Shown: positions 9,421 through 19,907 of the stretch, in pieces
How positions within the stretch are numbered: position 1 is the first letter of the stretch
Layout: each line of letters opens with the position of its first letter
Assembly (NCBI RefSeq): GCF_006345805.1
Contig: NW_021823590.1
Location: 1-21,950 of the forward strand
Source: Octopus sinensis
Taxonomy: Eukaryota
Reading direction: 5' to 3'
Length of the DNA: 21,950 bases
Position numbers and translations under genes: made by a program
Notes under the pieces: generated by a model
What the model saw: only the letters and a program-made list of their open reading frames with translations
The model's database searches: none
What the model was told of the DNA's origin: nothing

Positions 9421-9643
9421 TGTATGTATGTTGTATGTATGTATATATATATATATGTATATATATATATGTTATATAATATATATATATATGTATATAT
9501 ATGCATATATATCTATATCTATATACACATGTATATATATATATATGTATATATCTATCTATATATACCTATATCTATATACACATGTATATATATATAT
9601 ATATATAATATATATATACATACACACACACACACACACACAT

Positions 9644-9696
<53 letters not shown>

Positions 9697-9845
9697 TTTG
9701 TATAGGTATTTATGTCTTGCCTATATATGTTTGTATATGTATGTAGCTAAGTACATGCGTCTGTATGTTTTAGTATATATATATATATGTGTGTGTGTGT
9801 GTTATAGATGGTTTGGTATGTGCATATACTACTAAATGCATATAT
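9421..9845. repeat. (TA)n/(CA)n/(TATG)n microsatellite tract
   Basis: Direct reading of the sequence. Confidence 0.9.
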
Positions 9846-10180
9846 AGTCCAGCGTGAACATTTTTTTTAAACGGACATAACTTTTAATGTATTAGTTGAT
9901 TAACAATAACGATATCTGCAGTAGCAACACAGCAGCAACAGCAACAGCTACAAGAACAGGAAGAAGAGCAACGGCTAGAATAATATATGTCCTGCCCGAC
10001 AGAAACAGTTATTAGAAACTATTTATGAAGGGATGTTTCAGACAAGCTGAGTCTGTATTTCATTTCTTCTCACGGACAAATCCAGCAGATGTTCTAAGAA
10101 CAACTGCATATTTACTAAGCATGTTTGAGAAGACACATGAGGAGCTCGAAGCACCGCGGTATCCTATTGCTTCCATACTA

Positions 10181-10345
10181 GGCGTAGGAGTGGCTGTGTG
10201 GTAAGTAGCTTTCTTACGAACCACATGGTTCCGGGTTCAGTCCCACTGGGTGGCACCTTGGGCAAGTGTCTTCTACTATAGCCTCGGGCCGACCAAAGCC
10301 TTGTGAGTGGATTAGGTAGACGGAAACTGAAAGAAGTCCGTCGTG

Positions 10346-10380
<35 letters not shown>

Positions 10381-10627
10381 CTGTGTGTGTGTGTGTGTGT
10401 CTGTGTATATGTTTGTCTGTCTGTATTTTTCCCCCCAACATCGTTTGACAACCGATGGTGGTGTGTTTACGTCCCCGTAACTTGGCGGTTCGGCAAAAGA
10501 GTCCGATAGGATAAGCATTAGGCTTACATAATAAGTCCCGGGGTGTGATTTGCTCGACAAAAGGGTGGTGCTCCAGCATGGCCACAGTCAAATGACTGAA
10601 ACAAGTAAAAGAATAAAAAAAATAAAA
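10181..10627 (+). mobile_element. Full-length family A SINE: tRNA-like head, CORE-like segment, internal (TA)/(TG)n, tail, A-rich end
   Basis: A-box-like TGGCTGTGTGG (10191-10201), B-box-like GGTTCAGTCCC (10234-10244), and ACCTTGGGCAAGT as in the CORE domain of MIR-type SINEs. Many copies in the window. No clear TSD. Confidence 0.92.
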
Positions 10628-10748
10628 GTGTACTGATGAATCACGTGTGTTACGAACAAACATCTTCTACAAGTATGAGCTGTTCATCAATGATGTAAAA
10701 ATCAGCGTTCAGATATTCGCGTTAAAATATAGCAGATTATATTGAGAA

Positions 10749-11138
10749 CTAACAGTATCGCCCGGCATTGCTCGGGTTTGTAAGGGAAATAACTATATAA
10801 GCATTTTTAGAGAGTTATAGCCCAAAAGTAGCAAAAAATGCATTAAAAATGGAAAACAAATTATGGTAAATTTTTTTAAATCGTTGACTCATCGTAGACA
10901 TTTTTAGAGAGTTACTTCCCTTATATTAAAAAATATGCATTAAAATGGGAAAAAATGATGGTAAATTATTTTAAAATCGTAGACTCATCGTAGACGCGCG
11001 CTAATACCCAGAAGGGCTCGATATGAATCACGACTATAAGATACCCGGTTTTGGTTAAAATGCACCGCAAAATGTGGGAGTAGTTAGGAATCTAAATCGG
11101 AGTAGACAGACACACAACCTTACTTTTATATATAAAGA
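10749..11138 (-). mobile_element. Non-autonomous Helitron (family 2) with an internal ~97-bp tandem duplication
   Basis: Minus strand 5' TCTTTATATATAAAAG; 3' hairpin (plus-strand cccg-gcattgct-cggg, 10761-10776) then TTAG. Inserted between A10748 and T11139. Repeat units catttttagagagtta...gactcatcgtaga occur twice. Confidence 0.85.
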
Positions 11139-11484
11139 TGAATAGATACGATATTGCTTGGATTCATGCTGTTTGCATGCACCCCATCAATTAATAATAA
11201 ATTCTGCTCCGTATATCTTTGCCCTTTTATTATGAAATCTGAACCAATCTCACAAAAACCTGCCAAACCTCGAACGACATCAATAATATTCAATACAGTT
11301 CCTCAAGTCATTTGTAGACCATCAGCAGATTCAAAATACCATTTCTTACGTATAACCAAACTGTCTGGACATACTGACGTCACGGAGAAATGATCAAATA
11401 AAACTTAATCAAATTTCTAGAGTAAAAACGTGAGAATGTTACGTTTACTTTTGATAGTGAACTCTTTCTAACTTTTGAAACGTC

Positions 11485-11648
11485 TCACAGAAGTGGCTGT
11501 GTGGTAAATAGCCTGCTTATCAACCACATGGCTCCGGGTTCAGTCCCACTGTATGGCACCCTAGGCAAGTGTCTTCTACTATAGCCTCAGGCCGACCAAA
11601 GCCTTGTGAGTGGATTTGGTAGACGGAAACTGAATGAAGACCGTCGTA
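11485..11648 (+). mobile_element. Family A SINE 5' half
   Basis: agtggctgtgtggtaa...gggttcagtccc...ggcaagtgtctt...gacggaaactga. Confidence 0.9.
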
Positions 11649-11874
11649 TATATGCATAGATATATATGCATGTATGTGTCTGTGTTTTTGAGTTTAGAGC
11701 AATTGTGTTTTTCATAATTATAGTTAAAATCATAAAATATTTTCTACTTTTCAACGTCTTTTACTCAGTGTGTCTCACACATTTAAAAGTCAAGATTTTC
11801 TCCTGTGCTTGAGGTACTTTTACACGAAGGGGCAATGACCAAGTACCGTAACGGATATTATGGAAATATTCTTT

Positions 11875-12101
11875 TATTCTTTTACCTGTTTCGGTAATTT
11901 GACTGAAGCCATACTGGAATACCACATTGACCCCAGGACTTATTTCTTAAGCTTAGGAATATTCTGCTGGTTTCTTATACCGAAGCTTTAAGTTACGGGG
12001 ATATAAACACACCAACACCGGTTGTCAAGCGGTGATGGGGGATAAACACAGGCATAAAACACCCAGACACATAGATATATACATATGCAGACACACACAC
12101 G

Positions 12102-12161
<60 letters not shown>

Positions 12162-12326
12162 GGACGGCCTTTTTCAGTTTCCGTTTACCAAATCCACTCA
12201 CAAAGCTTTGGTCTGCTCGAGACTATAATAGAAGAAATTTGCTCAAAATGTCACGCAAGGGGACTGAACCTTGAACCATGTGGTTGGAAAGCAAGCTTCT
12301 TATCACATAGCCACAACTGCGCCTAT
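11875..12326 (-). mobile_element. Family A SINE, near full length, with internal (TA)n
   Basis: Tail, microsatellite and head are all present as reverse complements of 10181-10627. Confidence 0.85.
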
Positions 12327-12729
12327 GTACCAAATGTAGTTTCATTGCCATATAAGTGACCATAAAAGGTAGTAAGTACCTTATGGAATCTGCTATGCTT
12401 GTTCATGTGTACCTACCCCTCGTGTAGTATCTTTGAGGTACCTCTTCACTGATCCATTACATAAACCAAAATAGACTGAAAGTAGCTCTATTTCGTAACG
12501 GAAATTTTGGAACAAAGAAAGACGATCAATACCTTTGACGATACCCATGATATGGAGGAAACTGAGAGATCAATAAACTGGCTAATATTTGTGTAATGTT
12601 TTTGTAATGTAAACATAATTAATTTTTCCGCAAAAGACAAATACAAATTTTTTTTTATTCAAACCCGTATTCACCAATTTGACCAGTTCAATATGATGAA
12701 ACAATGCCCATTCTGTTTCTCCAAAACAG

Positions 12730-12766
12730 GCTTCGAGTTACCACACGTGATAAAATGGACAATGAC
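12730..12766 (+). CDS. Candidate 37-nt internal exon (xFELPHVIKWTM/T)
   Basis: cccattctgtttctccaaaacag|GCTTC...ATGAC|gtaagt: AG-free pyrimidine tract and consensus donor, in unique sequence between SINEs. Confidence 0.5.
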
Positions 12767-12835
12767 GTAAGTCCAGTTGGTGGAGATCTGCTGGACTTTC
12801 TATAGACCCTGAATACAACATATATTTTATCGTTT

Positions 12836-13081
12836 ATCTTTTAATTTGGTTCAGTTATGAGAATGCGACTAGGCTGGAATGCTGCTTTGAAATCTTAGTC
12901 GATTGACTCGATCCCAGGACTTAGTCTATCGGTCTCTTTTGCCAAACCGTAAAGTCATGGGGATACAAACACACCAACACCGATTGTCAAGCGGTGGTGG
13001 TGGGGGTGGGGGACAAACACAAACAGAAAGACACACACACATACGCACACAAACATAGATATACATATATACATATATATA

Positions 13082-13136
<55 letters not shown>

Positions 13137-13275
13137 TTTCTGCCTACCAAATCTGCTCACAAGGCTTCGGTCGGCCCGACTTTATAATAGAAAACAAATT
13201 GCGTAAGGTGGGACTGAACCCGGAACCATATAGTTGGGAAGCAAGTTTCTTATCACACAGCCAAGCCTGCACCTG
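12836..13275 (-). mobile_element. Family A SINE, near full length, with internal (CA)/(TA)n
   Basis: Reverse complement of the head and tail motifs. Confidence 0.85.
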
Positions 13276-13280
13276 TCTAA

Positions 13281-14200
13281 GAGGAAAATTTGAAGCCTCA
13301 GGCCTTAAGAGCGTTTGAACGATTTGATTTACCGAAAGAGGAAGCCGAATTTCTCGCCTCAAACCGGAGAGGTGGTAAATTATTTGACCAAAATTTACTA
13401 ACAAGTCGAAATCAAAATAAAATATTAACTTGGCAATATACCTTATAGAAGATAATTTGCCCAGCTGTAGCATTGACATCATTCAACTGTTCACAAACTT
13501 GTTTCAGACTCAACCGACATCTTTTTTATGTAGTGTTAACATAATTGTGTCTTGTGTAGAGAGTCGTCTGTTTGATGCAGCATGAAGAATCTATAAAGGA
13601 GATCTACTCCAAAACGGTATCGTAAAACCATGCATCCACATTGCACACTTCGTCCACTTACAAGAAACATTATATAATAATCACTTAATACCGTATTCAG
13701 CCATCAATAAAATCCCTGAGAAGATCCCGAAGATATCGTCATACAAGTTGGATCGCCATATTAAACGTGATTAAATTAACTAAAATGAACGTCCGCTTGG
13801 TGATTCTAAGCAGCTACTACTACCAACTTTCCACGTTAAATTTGGTTTAATGGGAAATGTGGTGAAAGCAAGTGTAAAGTCATTAAAGAGGACGTCAGTA
13901 CGTTTTAGAATAATTCAAATGTGAAGAGGAAAAGTCAAAGAAATCGGTTCTCTTTTCCCCTACCCCTCACCTGTCTCTCCCCCTCTCTCCACTTCTTCAT
14001 TTTAATTTTCACGATTAAAATCCGAAAAGAAAAATGAAGAATGCCGATTTATACATGATGGCTTTTCCGAATATTTTCTGTAAGAATACAAATTACAAGT
14101 ATTTAAAAATGTGAAATACTTGTGAAATGACGAAGATACGATGAGGAGATGAGTAGCCGTTTAAAAAGATTATGGATAAGTTTTAAAGAAAATCAGCCCG
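13281..14200 (+). mobile_element. Decayed DDE transposase pseudogene, Chapaev3-like (CMC superfamily)
   Basis: Ordered, frameshifted peptides: LNDL..LPKEEAEFLAS; RLF.DAA*RIYKGDLLQNGIVKPCIHIAHFVHLQET; PLGDSKQLLLPTFHVKFGLMGNVVKA; KRLWISFKE. They match recalled motifs LNDLVRDL.L.K..AELL.SRL, WRLFIDSSK.SLKAVLLHNGN..PSIPIAHSVHLKE and LLPPLHIKLGLMKNFVKA. Transposase origin is more certain than the family name. Confidence 0.7.
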
Positions 14201-14806
14201 CGGGTGTTTTGAAATGTGAGATACTATAAAATGTAGAAAAAATCCCGATAAAAAAAGGAAAATTCTGATTTATGTAAGACAGCTATTCTGAAAGTCCAAC
14301 AAATATAAATCAAATATCATCTGTATTCTTAAATACATAATGATAGAGTTTCTAAAACATGAATATAAACGATTGTCGAAAGCACCGTAAAACAAAAGCG
14401 ATCGGTCAGCCCTAGTTTGAACTCTACAACAATAACGTATACTTTACCAATTCTAAAGAGAAATTATTATAGTAATTTATATTTCAAAATGGCGGTTATT
14501 TTAAGCAATGCATGAGTCTGTCGAGTCAGGTTTATTTTTTAGAACAAATGTACTAAGACAAATTCTGATAAATATTACATTCATACAATGCGTTAAAATA
14601 ATTGTAGAGTTCTTTACTAGGAACAAAAGTTAAAATACCAAATTATAGAGGTTATAAAAGATCTTACTTTCACCCTAAAGCTTCGGGACAAACCAACATA
14701 CTAAAGATAATATGCGTGCAAAATGGAGTGAAGTAAAAATTGTAGTTGCTTTAAAAGGAAATGATGTGTTTAGAAATGAACTTCTCTCAACATCTCTCTC
14801 ACTCCC

Positions 14807-14842
<36 letters not shown>

Positions 14843-14949
14843 TTCTATCACTGTCTGTCTCTCTTTGACTTTTCCTCTTCACATTTGAATTATTCTAAAT
14901 CGTACTGACGTCCTCTTAAATGACTTTACACTTGCTTTCACGACATTTC
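13854..14949. repeat. 88-bp inverted repeat pair (13854-13941 / 14862-14949), 3 mismatches
   Basis: gaaatgtggtgaaagcaagtgtaaagtc...gaaaagtcaaaga and its reverse complement. Confidence 0.95.
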
Positions 14950-15044
14950 GATCAGATTATCGGATGTGGTTATACACCGCTGGTCACATTGCGCTTTCTC
15001 ACATTCTTGTTATTTTCGAATGGTGCCATCACGTTGGTTAGGCC

Positions 15045-15234
15045 AGCAGGCCAACATTACTCCTGACTGGAATGGTAGCCCGTGACAGGGTCACCCATTT
15101 ACAGCTGAGTGGACTGGAGCAACTTGAAATGAAGCGTTTTGCTCAAGAACACAATTCATCGCCCGGTCCAGGAATCGAAACTACGATCTTGATATCACAA
15201 GTGCAACACTCTAACCACGAGGCTACGCGCCTTC
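15045..15234 (-). mobile_element. tRNA-derived SINE, family B
   Basis: Minus-strand A-box TAGCCTCGTGG, B-box GTTTCGATTCC (15171-15181), then TTCTTGAGCAA and CCAGTCCACTCAGCTGTAAATGGGT, a conserved-domain-like segment whose superfamily I cannot assign safely. Confidence 0.75.
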
Positions 15235-15439
15235 ACCATGGTAGTCATACTGGTTTAAAAATAGAGATTACGCAGGACAATGTAGTTCTAGATGTACCAA
15301 AGTCGATATAGTCATGACTGGAATGTCTTTGATCATGGGTCTACTAGGCCAGAGCTTCGTTAATATGGTTCAAGATACACTGTATCTGAATATAAGATTG
15401 GGTGGTCACTGCTGGAACGCCCTTTGTTCGTTGCTATAC

Positions 15440-15725
15440 TGAATTATGTTATAATAACAACATCTGCCAAACAACAAAATATAGTTAATACAACGACGTC
15501 AACAACGATAACAATAGCAATAACCATGACAACAACAAGAGCAACAATACCAGCCCTGAAGATTAACAGCAGGAAGGTGATTAATACAGGTAGTAATTAT
15601 GGTGGTAGTGGTGGTAGTGGTGGTGGTGGTGGTGCACTCAGAGCTATGTTGTAATGATTACGCTGTTCGTAATAATAATGATGATGATGATGATGATAAC
15701 AATAATAATAATAATAATAAAATAA

Positions 15726-15770
<45 letters not shown>

Positions 15771-16070
15771 GATAATAATAACGATAATAATAATGATGAT
15801 GATGATGAGGAGGAGGAGGAGGATGATGATGATGATGATGATGATGAGAGCGACAACAATAACAACGATATCAATTGCACACCGGTTGTCGTCATAGCTA
15901 CTGCACTGGAGGCAGGACAAAAGATGAAAAACAAAAATGATGGATGGATGGATGGTTGGTTGGCTACTGAAGCGTGTCCATTAACAGGTAGACACGGAGG
16001 AGGAGAATATGACACGAACAACAGCAATATCAGCAGCAGCAACAACAACAACAACAACATCAGTAGACGG
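15440..16070. repeat. Compound trinucleotide tract (ACA, GGT, AAT, GAT, GAG, CAG)
   Basis: Direct reading; source of the poly-I/L/S ORFs. Confidence 0.9.
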
Positions 16071-16227
16071 AGTTTCAGCTGGAAAAAATAAGTTATATTA
16101 TGGTATTGTTAAAAAGTCCGTTTCGTAAGCCTCTGCGGCTCCTAGGGACAATGACTTCTGCGGTTGGTCCCGGGATCAGCCGTTGTCTTCTTAATGAAAT
16201 TCTATAAACGGAAATCTTTTGTTTTTT

Positions 16228-16440
16228 TGCTTCATTGTCAGTTTTTGGGCTGTGGACATGCTAGGGCACCACCTTAGAGAGTTTTAGTCGAACGAAATTG
16301 ATTCTAGGACTTATTTTTATTTAACGTCTGGTACTTCATTTATCGGTCTCGTTTGCTGAAACGCTAGCATACGAGGACGTAAACCCACGGACACCAGTTG
16401 TCAGGTGGTCAAGGGGACAAATACAGAGATACGTACACAT
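16228..16440 (-). mobile_element. Family A SINE 3' half, diverged
   Basis: gctgtggacatgctagggcaccacc...ggacttatt...tatcggtctc...gaggacgtaaac. Confidence 0.75.
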
Positions 16441-16442
16441 AC

Positions 16443-16600
16443 ATATCTATCTATCTATCAATCTATCTATCTATCAATCTATCTATCTACCTATCTATCT
16501 ATCTATCTATCTATCTGTCTATCTATCCATCCATCCATCCATCCATCTATCCATCTATCTAACTATCTATCTATCCATCTATCTATCTATCTATCTATCC

Positions 16601-16635
<35 letters not shown>

Positions 16636-16684
16636 CATCCATCTATCCATCTATCTATCCATCTATCTAACTATCTATCTATCC

Positions 16685-16752
<68 letters not shown>

Positions 16753-16790
16753 GTTCGTCTGTCTGTCTATCTGTCTGTTTGTCAGTCTGT
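16443..16790. repeat. (ATCT)n/(ATCC)n microsatellite
   Basis: Direct reading of the sequence. Confidence 0.95.
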
Positions 16791-16794
16791 GTAG

Positions 16795-17425
16795 ATGTTG
16801 GGCCTTGATCTCTAAGCTACTGCAGTATATGGTCCTCACTCTTCACGGGATACCTGAGGTCTTTGGAACAGCGCAGTGACGTCCAATTCGGAGATTAATA
16901 TAGCCCTTGACGATATCTTTGGCAAGATTACAGGGAACCCATCAGGGCTTGTGGCTGAACTTGAACTCATTTCATGAATGGCTGATATTACATCCAATTC
17001 CTCTATTTCGATATTTGTGTAGTGGTGAGTTGCCGAAGAACTCATCAAGCATAGCTATTTACAAGTGTCCCAGTGGAATTGTGAAAACATTCTTGTAATA
17101 CACATTCAGTATTTTTCTGATCTTCTGGCGGTCTGCAGTCGATGAACCATTTTCTTCGAACAGTAGCCCTATCCTGTACCGTGCTGAAGCGGACATTATC
17201 GAAAATCTATAGAAGGCTTTAGGGTTTGTCTTCTTATATTTAACAGCCCTGGATTCTCTCCCCATCCCTTTTCATGGGAAGTCGGAGCTCATTTTCGATC
17301 TCGAACAATGATTGTTAGAGGTAGGATTCTTTGCTATTCCTTAGGGGCCAATTTAGACGGTTTGAGATTTTTGCTCGTCGTCTCATTAGAATCCTCCTAT
17401 ACTTGGGAATTATATTTTTCTGATG
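16795..17425 (-). mobile_element. CR1/L2-group LINE ORF2 fossil, RT domain apparently deleted
   Basis: Minus-strand peptides IPKYRRILMRRRAKI, KTNPKAFYRF...RIGLLFEENGSSTAD.QKI.KILN.YY..VFT.P and IEELDVISAIHEM..SSATSPDGFPVIL resemble the EN-RT linker up to the GPDG motif. They are followed directly by RIGRHCAVPK...RVRTIYCSSL, which resembles the ORF2 C-terminus. Confidence 0.7.
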
Positions 17426-17739
17426 GTTTAGCATTATATATACTTATATTATATACTTATATTAACTTTATTGGCACTTATAAACACCCACATATATACA
17501 TACATATATGCATACATTCATGTGTGTGCGCGTGTGTATATGTGTGCGTACTTATATGTCCACATGTATACATTAACAATACCATTTGAAGCTTCAGAAC
17601 ACAGAAACAAGCAATCATATACACACATGCATACCTACTCCTACCAACATTCACGCAAAACCCCCATTTCTCATATTCAAACACGCACGCACGCACAAAC
17701 CTTCCCGCGTGACCCATACTTATACATACTAATCTAACA

Positions 17740-18228
17740 TACACGCATACATACATATATACACACATACGTATATACGTACACACATACACATATATAC
17801 GCATATATTTATGCACATACATACATACATACTTTATATATATATGTATATATGTAAGCATGTATGTAAGTGTGCATGTATGTATGTGTGTATGTATGCA
17901 TGTATGTATGTATGTATGTATGTATGCATGTATGTATGTATGTATGCATGTATGTATGTATGTATGTATGTACGTATATATGTATGTATGTATGTATGTA
18001 TGCATGTATGTATGTATGTATGTATGTATGTATGCATGTATGTATGTATGTACGTATATATGTATGCATGTATGTATGCATGTATTTATGTATGTATGTA
18101 TGTATGTATGTACGTATGTATGTATGTACGTATGTACGTACGTACGTATGTATGTATGTATGTATGTATGTATGTATGTACGTACGTATGTATGTATGCA
18201 TGCATGTATGTATGTATGTATGTACATG
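17740..18228. repeat. (CATA)n/(TATG)n array with TACG and CATG variants
   Basis: Direct reading of the sequence. Confidence 0.95.
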
Positions 18229-18452
18229 CATTTCGATGTGACTTTAATTTCGTGGCGTAAATGCCGAAAGCTATTGAAGCGTTCACTAAATCTTTTGTTA
18301 CGTCCAGTCTTCCATTTTCTCAAATCTGCTCAATATATTTCTGCCTTGACACACAGGGTCAGGACAAGTCAATAAACCGGTGCTTATGTGCAGGAAATTT
18401 ATATCTGCCTAATCTATAATTCCCTTCCTACTATATTCTTATATTCCTACAG

Positions 18453-18516
18453 ACTTCTGCTCGGCTTTAACGAAGCTAAACTCCCCAAAATGGCTGAAAT
18501 TGCTTTTCCTGATAAG
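18453..18516 (+). CDS. Candidate 64-nt exon (LLLGFNEAKLPKMAEIAFPDK), or a 5'UTR/start exon with ATG at 18490
   Basis: Branch-like CTAAT (18409-18413), a 40-nt AG-free pyrimidine tract, cctacag|ACTTC...GATAAG|gtgggt; phase-compatible with exon 12730. Confidence 0.55.
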
Positions 18517-18739
18517 GTGGGTTATTTGTTTAAACACTCGCAGTAAATAACCGCAAGGCTACTTGATTGTTCGTTTGTGCTGGTGCTAAACTGTCGGAAC
18601 GGAACTAATTATCTGACAAACCTGGGTTCGTGTCATAGACTGACCTAGGAGTTATTGTATTGTTATGTTGTTACTATATATTCGGTAAGTCTACTAATAG
18701 AAAAAACACCGTAAAACACGAGCTTCTCTATAAATGGAT

Positions 18740-18870
18740 ATATGTTTGTGTATATATATATGTGTATATATATATATATATATAATATATTATATCTATA
18801 TATATATATATATATGTGTATATGTATATATATTATATATATATATATATGTATATATAATATATGTATG

Positions 18871-18904
<34 letters not shown>

Positions 18905-18914
18905 ATATACATAC

Positions 18915-18966
<52 letters not shown>

Positions 18967-19050
18967 ATATATATGTACAAACACGCATACATATATGCAT
19001 ACATATATTTATACACATATATATGTATGTGTGTGTGTGCGCGTGTGAAC
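18740..19050. repeat. (TA)n-rich microsatellite
   Basis: Direct reading of the sequence. Confidence 0.92.
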
Positions 19051-19221
19051 GTGTATGATTTGTTTAGAATTTAGTAGTTGTTGTTTGAATTATTTAATAA
19101 TCAGTGAAGTAAGGGTGGTGGTAGTGGTGGTGGTCGTCGTCCTCGTCATCGTCATCGTTGCTCTCGTTATTATTGTTATTGCTGTTGTTGTTGTTGTTGT
19201 TGTTGTTCTTTAATTCTACAG

Positions 19222-19320
19222 GACTTACACAATGGACAGGAAACATCACCTCTAGATATTACACATATTAGAGTTCCTCGCAATTTACAGACACAGATAA
19301 AAATCTTAAGATTTGTATAG
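19222..19320 (+). CDS. Candidate terminal coding exon (DLHNGQETSPLDITHIRVPRNLQTQIKILRFV*)
   Basis: ttctttaattctacag| acceptor; the phase-0 frame is open for 32 codons to TAG at 19318-19320. Confidence 0.25.
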   Translation, partial: DLHNGQETSPLDITHIRVPRNLQTQIKILRFV

Positions 19321-19389
19321 ACGTCACTCGCAAGCAAGTACGATCTGATAGGTTATGTACCACGCTTTCGCTTCTTGTTTTCGATACCT

Positions 19390-19790
19390 ATATAGCCGAG
19401 AACAGACACATTGCAGGTGGGATCCTATTAGAATTTTTTTTCTCGTCGAGTAGTTCATCCCGCTCAAATGATTTTTGAATAAGGCTTGTTTAAGGATGTT
19501 GAACGAAACACCCATGTTTTCACATGTGAATTATTCAAACTCCAAAGAGTTCCTCTCAACACATGGCTATGATGCTCCCCCACTACTTCAGAGCTACACA
19601 TATCGTCAGCCACTAAGGGACATGCTCAACTGGTTAAGGTCGAACAATTGACAAGCAAATCTGTTGTATTGAGCAGAATATTTGCTGTAACCCATCTTTT
19701 CTACCAAGACAAATCGATGTACATGATAACACTTCCAATCAGTTAAGATAAGAAGCAATGAGAGCCAGTGCCTGGTACCGCATCAGAGCA
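19390..19790 (-). mobile_element. Unclassified interspersed repeat fragment
   Basis: Resembles an abundant octopod repeat from memory only; no second copy in the window. Confidence 0.35.
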
Positions 19791-19801
19791 ATTATTGCTG
19801 C

Positions 19802-19832
<31 letters not shown>

Positions 19833-19907
19833 GTTATGATTAATATTATTAGTTTGGTTTTTTTATTTCTATTTTCATCATTTTTGCTGCCATTTTTGTG
19901 TAGTTTT

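Noticed and set aside
10025-10204. 59-aa ORF with ES...F.......D and EK..E...P.Y spacing reminiscent of LINE RT
   Set aside because: The spacing is off by several residues, there is no other RT motif, and the ORF ends inside a SINE.
10181-10250. tRNA gene
   Set aside because: The A/B boxes belong to SINE heads; no cloverleaf or oligo-T terminator.
11350-11364. Minus-strand 15-nt micro-exon (cag|ACAGTTTGGTTATAC|gtaaga)
   Set aside because: Poor pyrimidine tract, a competing AG nearby, and no partner exons.
18453-19250. Resemblance of FNEAKLPKMAEIAFPDKDLHN to UBE2M/UBC12 ([22 protein letters not shown]) and to the SPEF1 CH domain
   Set aside because: Similarity is limited to about 20 residues and the flanks do not match. 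These proteins are highly conserved, so no gene symbol is assigned.
19222-19350. Alternative frame xLTQWTGNITSRYYTY*SSQF... rescued by UAG-to-UIG editing
   Set aside because: The phase does not match the upstream exon and nothing in the sequence supports editing at that codon.
434-19610. Other CTGANGA matches (434, 2898, 3418, 10633, 15556, minus strand at 19604)
   Set aside because: Each lacks a correctly placed GAAA, helix III or helix I.
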